Assembly (NCBI GenBank): GCA_041666325.1
Contig: JBAYHC010000002.1
Location: forward strand, 51,635-115,634
Reading direction: 5' to 3'
Source of the DNA: Patescibacteria group bacterium
GTDB taxonomy: Bacteria; Patescibacteriota; UBA1384; XYA2-FULL-43-10; 1-14-0-10-43-13
Length of the DNA stretch: 64,000 bases
Part shown: in pieces, positions 48,949-58,104 of the stretch
How positions within the stretch are numbered: the first letter of the stretch is position 1
Layout of the letters: every line of letters begins with the position of its first letter
Notes under the pieces: model-generated
The model's input: only the letters and a program-made list of their open reading frames with translations
Databases searched by the model: none
Told to the model about the DNA's origin: nothing
Translations under genes and position numbers: made by a program

Positions 48949-49740
48949 ATGAACAATCTTCGCAAACAAGCGGATGATCATCGCAATAGCGGTCGGGTTA
49001 CAGAGGCGGTGAGGCTTTATGAACAAATCTACGCTACGGAGGATAGTGCTAGCAACTGGCAGTCTGCCGGCGAGGCTCTACAGATGATCGGAGTGAGCTA
49101 TAAGATCAATAACGACACTAAAAATGCTTTGAAATACCTCAAAAGAGCAGTCGACTATTACAAGCGTCATGATATTGAGGTAGGCATAGCCAATGCTCTT
49201 CGCGATATCGGCATAACTTACGAATACATAAACAGGCTAACTTTAGCTGAAGAAAACTTAAGAAAGAGTTTGCTCATCTCAAAAAGAATCAGTGATGACG
49301 AGTCTTGGGGAATTACCCTTGCCAAAATAGGGTTCGTGGAAACGCGCCAGAAAAAATACCGACAGGCAGAAAAGAATCTGAGTGAGGCAGTAATAATCTT
49401 GAAAGGGTCTGGGCGGAACTGGTTCTATACTGCTACGGCCTTGGGTCACTTGGCAAATTTATATATCGAGATTAAGCATTTCGACAGGGCGATCGAGATA
49501 TTAAATGAGTCACTGAAAATGTTTGATGATCATGGCAATGAGGCTCAAACACGCCGCTATGCTCAGGGTTGGGGTCTTTTGGCTTTTGCCTATGCAAATT
49601 TGGGGCAGATTGATAAGGCGAAGGATTTCTTGCATAAATCTCTGCACATTGTCCTGTCGTCCGACTTTTCTCAGAGCGCAGCCGCAGTAGTTCTACGTGA
49701 TATTCGGGCAGATAAGACAATTACTAAACTAATGAAATGA
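48949..49740 (+). CDS. Tetratricopeptide-repeat protein
   Basis: Repeated A/L/Y/G TPR-like periodicity (ALKYLKRAVDYYKRH..., ALRDIGITYEY...). Confidence 0.55.
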   Translation: MNNLRKQADDHRNSGRVTEAVRLYEQIYATEDSASNWQSAGEALQMIGVSYKINNDTKNALKYLKRAVDYYKRHDIEVGIANALRDIGITYEYINRLTLAEENLRKSLLISKRISDDESWGITLAKIGFVETRQKKYRQAEKNLSEAVIILKGSGRNWFYTATALGHLANLYIEIKHFDRAIEILNESLKMFDDHGNEAQTRRYAQGWGLLAFAYANLGQIDKAKDFLHKSLHIVLSSDFSQSAAAVVLRDIRADKTITKLMK

Positions 49741-49830
49741 TCTTGCAACGGTTGACGCAGATTAATTGATGATGGCATACTGGTGTGGTTGTCGTCCCTT
49801 GAACAAGTAGATCTAACTATGAGGTGAGGT

Positions 49831-50250
49831 ATGAGTAAGAGCAGCAAGCGCTATCTCAACATTTTTCGCATGGCGTTTTTCCGTGAGAAATATCGCTTTG
49901 ATCAGGGCAATGCCTTCTTGGTCTTTTTTAACTTTTCTTTGCTTGTGATTTCGGTGGTCAAGCAGTATGGCGGGAGTCAGAGCTCAATTCCGATTTACGT
50001 CACTGCCGGTCTGCTCGGAACCTGGTTTCTTGGTTATGTTCTTGACCGGTTTATCAAAGTTCAGGACGCTCAAGAGCGAGTTGCTCTGAAGCGAAGTCCT
50101 ATTTGGAAGGAGAACTTCGATCGTCAGGATGAGCACAATAAAACATTGCGAGAAGCAATCCAGCGTCTCGAGGACCTTGAAGCCTTAATTCGAGGCGAGA
50201 TTACCGATGATGAGTCGACGTTCTCAGTGGTGGGGAGAAAGCAAGTATAA
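49831..50250 (+). CDS. Hypothetical membrane protein (139 aa)
   Basis: RBS gaggtgaggt before ATG; two hydrophobic helices. Confidence 0.35.
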   Translation: MSKSSKRYLNIFRMAFFREKYRFDQGNAFLVFFNFSLLVISVVKQYGGSQSSIPIYVTAGLLGTWFLGYVLDRFIKVQDAQERVALKRSPIWKENFDRQDEHNKTLREAIQRLEDLEALIRGEITDDESTFSVVGRKQV

Positions 50251-50254
50251 AAAT

Positions 50255-50280
50255 AGCGCGGAACCATGGAGTTCCGCGCT
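50255..50280. terminator. Bidirectional terminator hairpin
   Basis: AGCGCGGAAC-catgga-GTTCCGCGCT perfect 10-bp stem; A-run upstream. Confidence 0.65.
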
Positions 50281-50313
50281 GAGAGATAATGAGCACAGAG
50301 ATTGGCTGTCTAT

Positions 50314-50613
50314 CTAACGACGATAATCATGTCGGAAGAGACAATTCGGTGAACTTTCATTAGTGGTTGGCCAAACTCTTCCGGATTCAATGTGCTTGAT
50401 AAGATTCGGGATGGATTCACTTGCTTCAGCAGGTGAGATATAGCGATAGCTCCGGCTCAGACAAACTTCCGTCTTTTGCCCAGCTTCTGTGACATCGTAA
50501 GCAACAATGTGCCAAACATGATCACGATCAATTGCGGGGATAGGGGGCACTTCTCGGTGTTCAATGAGCAGTTGGAGTCTTATACCCTGCGATGTCGTTG
50601 CTGTTGCGATCAC
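50314..50613 (-). CDS. Hypothetical protein (99 aa)
   Basis: ORF only. Confidence 0.3.
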   Translation of the reverse strand: MIATATTSQGIRLQLLIEHREVPPIPAIDRDHVWHIVAYDVTEAGQKTEVCLSRSYRYISPAEASESIPNLIKHIESGRVWPTTNESSPNCLFRHDYRR

Positions 50614-50874
50614 GGATCTCTCCTTCCAGCTTCCTAGGTGGCCAGGTATGTATTACCTAGCCATCGGAAAGCTGGAAGGGAAGAATTTAAATATTACAAA
50701 AAATCACCGTTTGGCGGTGATTATCTTTGTCTTATAAGGTATTGAACTTAAACCGAAATCACCGCCACGGAGTGGGAGATAGAAGGACGAGCAAGAGATT
50801 TTGGCTGAAGGTATAATTCATTAATCTATATATAATATATTGACCTGTTCTTGTCAAATACTACTTCTTCGGCA

Positions 50875-50900
50875 TAAAAAAGAATGGCCGGGGGCCATTC
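50875..50900 (-). terminator. Rho-independent terminator on minus strand
   Basis: GAATGGCC-ccc-GGCCATTC then TTTTTTAT on minus strand; downstream of minus ORF 50918-51214. Confidence 0.55.
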
Positions 50901-51224
50901 GGGGAGAGTGTAACAACTCAGAGTTGGGAACAGTAGACCGGAAAATCCTCTTGGTGAATACACAAAGTGAGTCTGCGAGTAGATTGGTCTCTTTTGATGA
51001 AGCGATCGGTCGGGCAGAGAACAGCATCACCTTCACTCAGTGAGCGCTGATTGAAAACGTACTCCGGAAACGTATAGGTTTCCCAGGGCAAGCCCAATAT
51101 CCTTTGCCCTTTCTTGGTCTGGGCGCCAACTGTTCCAAGGTAGAAGGCAGATGACGAATTTGCCGGTGTTTTCATCTCAGTAATGTTTATATCACAATCG
51201 ATATATCTAGTCAACGGAAAACCA

Positions 51225-51253
51225 TTGACAAATTAAGCAATTTATGGTAGTAT
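51225..51253 (+). promoter_or_regulatory. Sigma70-like promoter TTGACA-17-TAGTAT for islet-2 lipoprotein
   Basis: TTGACAaattaagcaatttatggTAGTAT. Confidence 0.55.
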
Positions 51254-51307
51254 CTGCGCATCGTCAATCGGGGCATTGGGCCACATTCAGTGAAGGAGGA
51301 AACGGCT

Positions 51308-52108
51308 GTGAAGAGAACATTGTGCGGATTGATGCTTGGTTTCGCTCTGGTGGCGCAGGGGTGCGGTGGCGGGAGCAACAGCCCCGTGGTACCTGCCGCG
51401 ACCGAAGGACGCTTCTTGGTCGCCTTCGAGCAGTACGACGCGCAGATCAGCGACCACGTCACCCCGGTGATTGAGAGCGGTGTCGAGTTCCGTATCGACA
51501 TCGCCGGCCTGTCATCGCCGCGGTCACGGGGAGGGATCGATCCCTCATCTGCCACCTATCGCTGGCTCAAGGATGGCCGGCCGTTCGATCCGGGCATTGT
51601 CGTGACGGCGGGTCAGGAGCGGCGTGGTTGGATGATCGGAATCCCCAACCGGCACGAGGACTTTGGTGACACGGCCTTCCAGGTCGTGGCCGAGATCACC
51701 GACCAGGGGCAGACCTTCATCGCCCGCCGGACCTTCTTCGTCCGGCCCTGGTCCACGGTCAAACCGGCAGCACCGATTCTGCAGACGGATGCCTTCTCGG
51801 GTGACCCGGCCAGGTCGCGCTATTACAACGAGGTCGGGGGCTATTACGTCGGCATTCTGGACGCGAGGATCGACATCCTCAACGGCGGTGGCGCCGAGGG
51901 CGCGCGCGAGGCCAAGGGGCGTGGCCCCGGCGGATCGTACTGGGAGGTATCCACCAATGGCACTCGCTTGCCGCTTACACCAAGCAGGCCGGGCTGGTGG
52001 ACGGTGTCGCTGGTGAGCCCCGGGGGTTACGTTTCCCGGCCGGCTTGGCTCTGGGTCTACGACCCGGCCAACCCGGGGGCAACCCCGCCCGCCCGCCCGG
52101 ATTGGTAG
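51308..52108 (+). CDS. High-GC (~66%) secreted lipoprotein, unknown function (foreign-composition islet 2)
   Basis: GTG start after RBS GAAGGAGG (8-nt spacer); VKRTLCGLMLGFALVAQGCGGGSNS signal peptide with Cys lipobox; alternative GTG at 51290. Confidence 0.6.
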   Translation: MKRTLCGLMLGFALVAQGCGGGSNSPVVPAATEGRFLVAFEQYDAQISDHVTPVIESGVEFRIDIAGLSSPRSRGGIDPSSATYRWLKDGRPFDPGIVVTAGQERRGWMIGIPNRHEDFGDTAFQVVAEITDQGQTFIARRTFFVRPWSTVKPAAPILQTDAFSGDPARSRYYNEVGGYYVGILDARIDILNGGGAEGAREAKGRGPGGSYWEVSTNGTRLPLTPSRPGWWTVSLVSPGGYVSRPAWLWVYDPANPGATPPARPDW

Positions 52109-52128
52109 TTCTGTTTCGCATTCACAAG

Positions 52129-52160
52129 GTCGGGCGCTTCGGCGCCCGACCCGTTTTTTT
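52129..52160 (+). terminator. Rho-independent terminator (UUCG tetraloop)
   Basis: GTCGGGCGC-ttcg-GCGCCCGAC perfect 9-bp GC stem, then CCGTTTTTTT. Confidence 0.85.
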
Positions 52161-52231
52161 ACTTAAACCCTATTCCTTGAGATCTGAGGCTGTATTTGCT
52201 ACTATGAGTGCAAGTCTTTTATCACACAAAT

Positions 52232-53701
52232 ATGAAAAAATTCTACATCACCACTCCAATCTATTATGTTAACGATGTGCCGCACATTGGTCATGCCTAC
52301 ACCACTATTGCGGCCGATGTTTTGGCGCGGTATTACAAGAAAAAACTCGGACCCGACAAGGTCTTCTTTTTGACCGGCACAGATGAACATGGCGCCAAAA
52401 TCGCTGAAGCTGCCAGGAGAGCCGGCAAGGAACCGAGGGAATATGTTGATGAACTTGCCCCGAAGTTTCAAAAGACTTGGGAAAATTTAAATATTGAGTA
52501 CTCTGAATTTTTTCGTACAACTAATCCGTTGCATGAGGAAGCGGTACAGAATTTTGTTCAATGCCTCATGAACAACGGTTATGTTGAAAAACGCAGCTAT
52601 GAAGGGCTTTATTGTATATCATGCGAGCGGTACTACAAGGAAGAGGAGCTAGTTGAGGGGAAGTGCCCGGATCACAAGCGCGAATTAGTCAAGCAGTCTG
52701 AAGACAACTACTTCTTTCTGTTATCAAAGCCTGAAATATCGGAGCAACTTTTAGCAAAAATTGAGAACGGGGAACTAAAGATCGGTCCGGAAAGTCGCAA
52801 GAATGAGGTTGTTAGCAAAATTAAACTGGGCCTTGAGGATGTTAGTATTTCTCGCGCCGGAGTGAAGTGGGGGATACCATTTCCCGGAGACCCCGATCAG
52901 ACAATATACGTTTGGGTGGACGCACTGCTGAACTATTTCACGGCAGAGAAAATTTACTTCAAAAACGGACAACCAACAGATGGGCCAACTGACAACGAAC
53001 AAGCCTCCCCTGTCCTGTGGCCGGCCGATTTACATCTCATGGCCAAGGATATTCTCTGGTTCCATGCCGTCATCTGGCCGGCGATGCTGATTGCTGCCGG
53101 AGAAGAAACTCCAAAAAAAGTTTTTGCTCACGGCTTTTTTACCATCAATGGGACCAAGATGAGCAAGACTTTGGGCAATGTCATCGATCCAAATGAGGCT
53201 GTGACAAAGTTTGGTGCGGATGTTGTTCGCTATTCTCTGCTGCGTGAATTTCCGTTTGGTGAAGATGGCGATATCTCACTGGAGAAGATGCAAGGTCGCT
53301 ATCAGGAGCTCGGCAACAATATCGGTAACCTTTTTCAAAGAACTATCTCTATGATTAATAAGTATGACACCAAGGTTACGAAAACCGAAAACAAAGATGA
53401 GTATGACTACGGACTAGTCGATATGGTTGACAACGTTGTGGATGAGTTGAGATTTGATATGGTTCTTGCTTCAATCGATTCCTATGCAACAATGTGCAAT
53501 ACTTATATTAACGAGCATAAACCATGGGTTTTAGCAGTTTCTGATCCGGAGTTATTAACCAAAGTCTTGAATCGAGTTTTCAATAATCTCTATTCGATCG
53601 TCCTGGCGCTTGAGCCGTTTATGCCCGAAACTGCCAAGAAGATGAACACTCAGCTTGAGACATTGCGGCCGGAGCCGTTGTTTCCCAGACTTGAATCTTA
53701 G
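52232..53701 (+). CDS. metG: Methionyl-tRNA synthetase
   Basis: MKKFYITTPIYYVNDVPHIGHAYTT (HIGH motif), KMSKTLGNVIDP (KMSKS), zinc knuckle CISCERYYKEEELVEGKCPDH. Confidence 0.92.
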   Translation: MKKFYITTPIYYVNDVPHIGHAYTTIAADVLARYYKKKLGPDKVFFLTGTDEHGAKIAEAARRAGKEPREYVDELAPKFQKTWENLNIEYSEFFRTTNPLHEEAVQNFVQCLMNNGYVEKRSYEGLYCISCERYYKEEELVEGKCPDHKRELVKQSEDNYFFLLSKPEISEQLLAKIENGELKIGPESRKNEVVSKIKLGLEDVSISRAGVKWGIPFPGDPDQTIYVWVDALLNYFTAEKIYFKNGQPTDGPTDNEQASPVLWPADLHLMAKDILWFHAVIWPAMLIAAGEETPKKVFAHGFFTINGTKMSKTLGNVIDPNEAVTKFGADVVRYSLLREFPFGEDGDISLEKMQGRYQELGNNIGNLFQRTISMINKYDTKVTKTENKDEYDYGLVDMVDNVVDELRFDMVLASIDSYATMCNTYINEHKPWVLAVSDPELLTKVLNRVFNNLYSIVLALEPFMPETAKKMNTQLETLRPEPLFPRLES

Positions 53702-53755
53702 TAAAATCGGGAACGTTTCTTGCGGAGAAGCGTCCCTATATCCAGGAGGGGTTTC

Positions 53756-54595
53756 ATGTTGGAAGCGCTGATCGCCTCAATCGGTTACTCTGGCGGAATT
53801 ATTGCCGATAAAATTATCCTTTCCCGCCATCGCATCCCGGTGATGCGCTTTATCCCATTGCTTTTTATTTGGTTGGCAGTTATCACTGGTCTCTTCTTGG
53901 CCAAATGGGGTAGCGTCAATACCGATACCTTATATTCTCCCGCTAATCTAGTTTTGTTCGTACTAATGATCTTGGCGGCAGTGGCCTGGAATATCCTCTA
54001 CTATCGCGGGGTTCAGAAGGAGAATCTGGCAGAGTTCGAGCTCATCATGCTTCTTACTCCGCTAGCTACGATCATTTTTGCGGGCATATTTTTGCCCGCA
54101 GAGAGAAATGCCTCGGCGTTCGCTGCCGGGCTAATTGCCTCACTTGCTCTTGTTGCTTCGCGTTTTCGTCGTCACCATGTCCGCCTGAGCCGGGTAGCGA
54201 AGCAAAGTATGCTCGCGATGATTTTTATGTCTTTGGAGTCAATTTTTATCAAGGAATTACTTGAGGTTTTCTCGCCGGTAGCGCTCTATTTCGTCCGTAC
54301 CACGGTTTTGGCTGTTGTTTTCCTTCTTCTGTACCGGCCGAAACTATTGGCCTTCTCGCCCACTGCATTTGCTCTAACCATAATCTCAGCCGTTTTCGGT
54401 GTTGTGCAGATGGTGTTGAAGTTTTATGGTTTTCAAAATGTGGGCATCGTTGAAACCACGATGATACTGTTGCTCGGTCCCTTCTTTGTTTATATTTTTA
54501 GTTATTTTTATTTCCATGAGCGGCTTTATAAGAGAGACGTGGCAGCGTTGGCGGCGATTGTCGTTAGTATTTTGTATGTAGAGTTTTGGAAGTAA
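53756..54595 (+). CDS. DMT-superfamily (EamA-like) membrane transporter, putative
   Basis: ~280 aa, ~10 TM in two halves; RBS ccaggagggg. Confidence 0.4.
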   Translation: MLEALIASIGYSGGIIADKIILSRHRIPVMRFIPLLFIWLAVITGLFLAKWGSVNTDTLYSPANLVLFVLMILAAVAWNILYYRGVQKENLAEFELIMLLTPLATIIFAGIFLPAERNASAFAAGLIASLALVASRFRRHHVRLSRVAKQSMLAMIFMSLESIFIKELLEVFSPVALYFVRTTVLAVVFLLLYRPKLLAFSPTAFALTIISAVFGVVQMVLKFYGFQNVGIVETTMILLLGPFFVYIFSYFYFHERLYKRDVAALAAIVVSILYVEFWK

Positions 54596-54712
54596 CTAGC
54601 AGTTCGTGAAGTTCTTAAAGTTTATAAAGTTTGTAAAGAAATAGCTTCAATAGCGTTTTCTTCCTGCGAACTTTATGAACCTTATGAACTTGTAACTTTA
54701 TAAACTTATTTC

Positions 54713-55501
54713 ATGTTTATTGATACCCATTGCCATCTAAATTTTCCAGAGTTCAAGAATGAGATCTCGGCCGTAATCGGCCGAGCTGTTGATGCTGGTG
54801 TTAACAGAATGGTAAATGTTGGTATTGACCTTGACACGTCGAAACGCTCACTTGAGCTTGCTCGTCGTTATCCTGAAGTCTACGCTACGGTCGGCATTCA
54901 CCCCCATTGCTCTCCGGACTTAAGTATCGAGACCTGGAGCGACTTGTCTGTTCTGGCGGCCCATCCCAAGGTTGTGGCGATTGGTGAAATTGGCCTTGAC
55001 TACTATTACCTCAAACGATCTTCCCGCTATGCCGACTCCCCTTCTCGTGAAGATCAAATCTTTTGTTTTGAGCGCATGCTTGATCTTGCTTTGGAGACAA
55101 AACTCCCGGTTATAATTCACAGTCGCGAGGCTGACGCGGACATGCTGGGGATACTTAAGAGCTATAGCGGTTCGCTACGCGGTGTTTTTCATTGTTTCTC
55201 TGGCGATACGTACTTTGCCGAGAAGGTGCTCGATCTTGGTTTCGCGATCTCTTTTACTGGAAACATCACATATAAAAAATCAGTTGATACCTGTGAGGCC
55301 ATCGAGCGGATTCCTCTGGGCTCGATCATGATTGAGACAGACGCTCCGTATTTAGCGCCTGAGCCATTTCGGGGCCAGCGCAATGAGCCTGCTCATGTGG
55401 TAGATGTAGCGCAGAAGATAGCCGAAATCAAGAAATTAAGCCTGGCTGAGGTTGAGCGAGAGACGACTAAAAAGGCAAAGAAACTATTTGGTATTGAGTA
55501 A
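54713..55501 (+). CDS. tatD: TatD-family metal-dependent hydrolase/DNase
   Basis: MFIDTHCHLNF, VAIGEIGLDYYY, IIHSREA, FHCFSGD, ETDAPYL motifs. Confidence 0.88.
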   Translation: MFIDTHCHLNFPEFKNEISAVIGRAVDAGVNRMVNVGIDLDTSKRSLELARRYPEVYATVGIHPHCSPDLSIETWSDLSVLAAHPKVVAIGEIGLDYYYLKRSSRYADSPSREDQIFCFERMLDLALETKLPVIIHSREADADMLGILKSYSGSLRGVFHCFSGDTYFAEKVLDLGFAISFTGNITYKKSVDTCEAIERIPLGSIMIETDAPYLAPEPFRGQRNEPAHVVDVAQKIAEIKKLSLAEVERETTKKAKKLFGIE

Positions 55502-55525
55502 TTAGCACTAATCTGTTCATTGGCA

Positions 55526-55571
55526 TTGACAAAATGCCTTTTTTGTGCTATACTCGCGAAGTTATCGCGAG
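55526..55571 (+). promoter_or_regulatory. Consensus promoter TTGACA-17-TATACT plus +1 hairpin CTCGCGA-agtta-TCGCGAG for islet-3 operon
   Basis: TTGACAaaatgccttttttgtgcTATACTcgcgaagttatcgcgag. Confidence 0.65.
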
Positions 55572-55599
55572 CGTGTGATAACTCTGAAGGGGGAAGATC

Positions 55600-55788
55600 G
55601 TGTTAAAAGTCATGTTGACTATCATCGCCGGTTGGGCGGTGTTCGGCTTTTCGGTTTGGTTCTTTGTCACCAACAAGACGTGGGACATCGGGGGCAACCA
55701 GCTCCTCGCCACGATAATGTTGGCTGCAGCAGGGATACTGCTTGTCATCTTCGGCATCATCGCACTGATCGAAAGGAGACGCCGGTGA
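55600..55788 (+). CDS. Holin-like small membrane protein (62 aa, 2 TM, C-terminal ERRRR), high GC
   Basis: GTG start after RBS gaagggggaag; MLKVMLTIIAGWAVFGFSVWFFVTNKTWDIGGNQLLATIMLAAAGILLVIFGIIALIERRRR; stop TGA overlaps GTG of next gene (GTGA). Confidence 0.45.
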   Translation: MLKVMLTIIAGWAVFGFSVWFFVTNKTWDIGGNQLLATIMLAAAGILLVIFGIIALIERRRR

Positions 55789-56906
55789 GAGGCATTCTGT
55801 GGAAGACGTTCGTTGGATTGTTTGTGTGGCTTGGCGGCAAATTGCCTGGGTGGAAGAAGTCTGCCCGGCAGCAGTACCGCCGTCACGGGGGTGTTATCCG
55901 GGGTTTGGGGTACGCTGCAATCGGTCTGGTTCTTCTGTCTCTGGCCAGTCACTACTTCGGTGATGACCATAAGCAGATGACCAAGAAGTCACACAAGCCG
56001 GGCAGGGTGGCCACACGGCCCGATCACCCGACGAAGCCGGAGTGGCAGACTTCGACGCCAAAGAAGCCGAATCGTACGTGGCGGGAACGGGGTCTGACGA
56101 CGGCGCAATTGCGCCAGATCTACCGCCACCCGCGGGTCCAGCAGGGGCCGCACGGTCCTGAGCTGGTGGGGCAGACCAAGCCCCACCCCAACCCGTGGAA
56201 GCCGACGTCGCGCGGGTTGCTCAGTGGCCTAATCGTCGTCGTCGACCCAGGTCACGGCGGCGTGGATCCCGGCAGCTCCTTCGAGCATGCCGGCGCCGGC
56301 TTCTGGGAATCGGCCTACACATACAGGGCCGCCTACGAGCTCATGCAGCTTCTGCGGGCCAAGGGGGCTACAGTCCACCTGACCTGTTGGAGTGACGTCA
56401 TGACTTTGCCGGAACCGCCGCGGGCCGCTGTCCCCATGCCGCTGCCACGTGACGCCCGAACTATTCGCGAAGGTCTGGCTGTCAGATTGTCGACGCGGGT
56501 GCTCAACGCCCGTATCGACTACGCCGATGACTTGGCTAAGCGGTACGGGGGAAAGAGGGTCCTTTTTGTCTCGCTCCATACTGATTGGGAGAGGCAGGGG
56601 CTTTCCGGCGCTTTCGTCTGCATCAACCCCGGCGAGCCGGCTCCGCTCCTGGCCACGTGCATCGCGGCCGAGCTGGAGCGGAAGAACTACCGCCGGCGCG
56701 ACAACGGCAAGCCGCGTTCCTGCGTCGTGCCTCAGGCGAAGAAGTATGTGCTCTTCGCCGGCAAGACGCCGCAGCGGGTCATCGTCGAGATGGCGACGAC
56801 CACGGCGCCGGCTGACGGCTTCCGTATTCGCTGGGAGCGCAACCGGATGGATCTCCTGAAGACCATCCTGGCGGGGATCGAGAGCTATGCCGCGGAGACG
56901 TGGTGA
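55785..56906 (+). CDS. N-acetylmuramoyl-L-alanine amidase (Amidase_3 family) with N-terminal TM anchor and basic Pro-rich linker, high GC (~63%)
   Basis: GTG start after RBS AAGGAG; catalytic-domain motifs VVVDPGHGGVDPGS, FWESAY, LFVSLHTD; TM segment GLGYAAIGLVLLSLASHYF. Confidence 0.7.
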   Translation: MRGILWKTFVGLFVWLGGKLPGWKKSARQQYRRHGGVIRGLGYAAIGLVLLSLASHYFGDDHKQMTKKSHKPGRVATRPDHPTKPEWQTSTPKKPNRTWRERGLTTAQLRQIYRHPRVQQGPHGPELVGQTKPHPNPWKPTSRGLLSGLIVVVDPGHGGVDPGSSFEHAGAGFWESAYTYRAAYELMQLLRAKGATVHLTCWSDVMTLPEPPRAAVPMPLPRDARTIREGLAVRLSTRVLNARIDYADDLAKRYGGKRVLFVSLHTDWERQGLSGAFVCINPGEPAPLLATCIAAELERKNYRRRDNGKPRSCVVPQAKKYVLFAGKTPQRVIVEMATTTAPADGFRIRWERNRMDLLKTILAGIESYAAETW

Positions 56907-57102
56907 TGAAAGGAGAGATGTTCGTCAAATCCAGGGCCGGCCCTTGCCATGCGCGAGGCCGGCCCGAATTGTTTCGATACGATCTTTGATGTAACATTGC
57001 CTTGCCGGCACGACCAGTGTTGGCAAGCACAGTGTTTCAGAGAGGGGGATCAATCTTTGAGAAGAGAAGAAAAATCGGATCGTCTGCGAAGACGGCATGA
57101 GA

Positions 57103-58061
57103 TAATGGGTTTTCTTGTGCTTTGCACTCTGATTCTACCATTGCTTTTGGTTGTTAGATGGTTCTGGTTGAATATCAAGCAAAGCGAAAAACGTTTGCCA
57201 TCATCTGGGAGCAGAGCTCAGTCCTTGTCCTCTGCCTGGTTACGCTCATTTACGATTCCAATCGAGTGCCACAAACATCTTGATCAGCACATTGTTTCCA
57301 ACGGGCGAGTTCCGGATCTTGGCGAGCGTATGGGCAAAGTGGATAAGCTCAAAAAACTGATCGACCAGCTTTGCGCAGAGAGAGGAATCAGCCCGGAATT
57401 GGCTTATGGTCTTATTCTCCATGAGTCGCATGGCGACGTGTGGAGTGTTGATTTCAAGACCAAGCTCGGCCAGGTTCCGGTGACGCAAGCTCATGTTGGG
57501 CTGGGCCAACTGAGTCAAGATTTTCTGCCGGAAGCGATGCGGGTGGATCCAGCTCGCTTGCGTGCTGCTGACGCGTGGCAGAGGGCGACACTCGATCGCA
57601 TTGCCCGCAAGCAGTGGCCGCCGACTGCGGCGGAACGTGTTTTGCTTAGCAAGTGGGCAGCCCTCGATTTGCGCTTCAATGCCAGATGGAATCTAGAGAA
57701 AACGCTTGATTATGTCAAGCAAAATCTCGAGATAACAGGCAATGAAACACTCGCTATCCTGGCACATTTGCGAGGAACTCGCTATCCATTGTGGTGGGTG
57801 GCGCGTTATCGCTTTGACCATGAACGAGTGCCTTACAACGAGGCTGACCGAATTCGACTTCATCGAACAACTGCGCCATATGTTAAGTCTGAGGGCATTG
57901 ACCTTTTTGACCTGATCGTTGACACGGGAGCCGAGGGCTCTCGCTATCGCAGCGATCGCAAGGCCCAAGTTTATTGCTTTTCTATCCTTGCTTGGAGTGA
58001 GCTATATGCTCGCCATCGCAAAACACTTCGTCCGCCCCGATTCAACGGGGCGGCTTTTTAA
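57103..58061 (+). CDS. Putative lytic-transglycosylase-like (SLT-like) protein with N-terminal TM; hypothetical
   Basis: GLILHESHGD...AHVGLGQLSQDF loosely matches SLT E-S...GLMQ pattern but spacing atypical; start at MGFLVLCTLILPLLLVV. Confidence 0.3.
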
Positions 58062-58104
58062 AACTTGAAGTTACGAGGCTAGTTTGCTACGCTACACATA
58101 TCAA

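Noticed and set aside
55526-58061. Interpreting the holin/amidase/SLT cluster as an intact prophage
   Set aside because: No capsid, terminase, portal, integrase or tail genes flank it. The flanking genes (tatD, folD, recG) are native housekeeping genes, so it is at most a captured lysis cassette.
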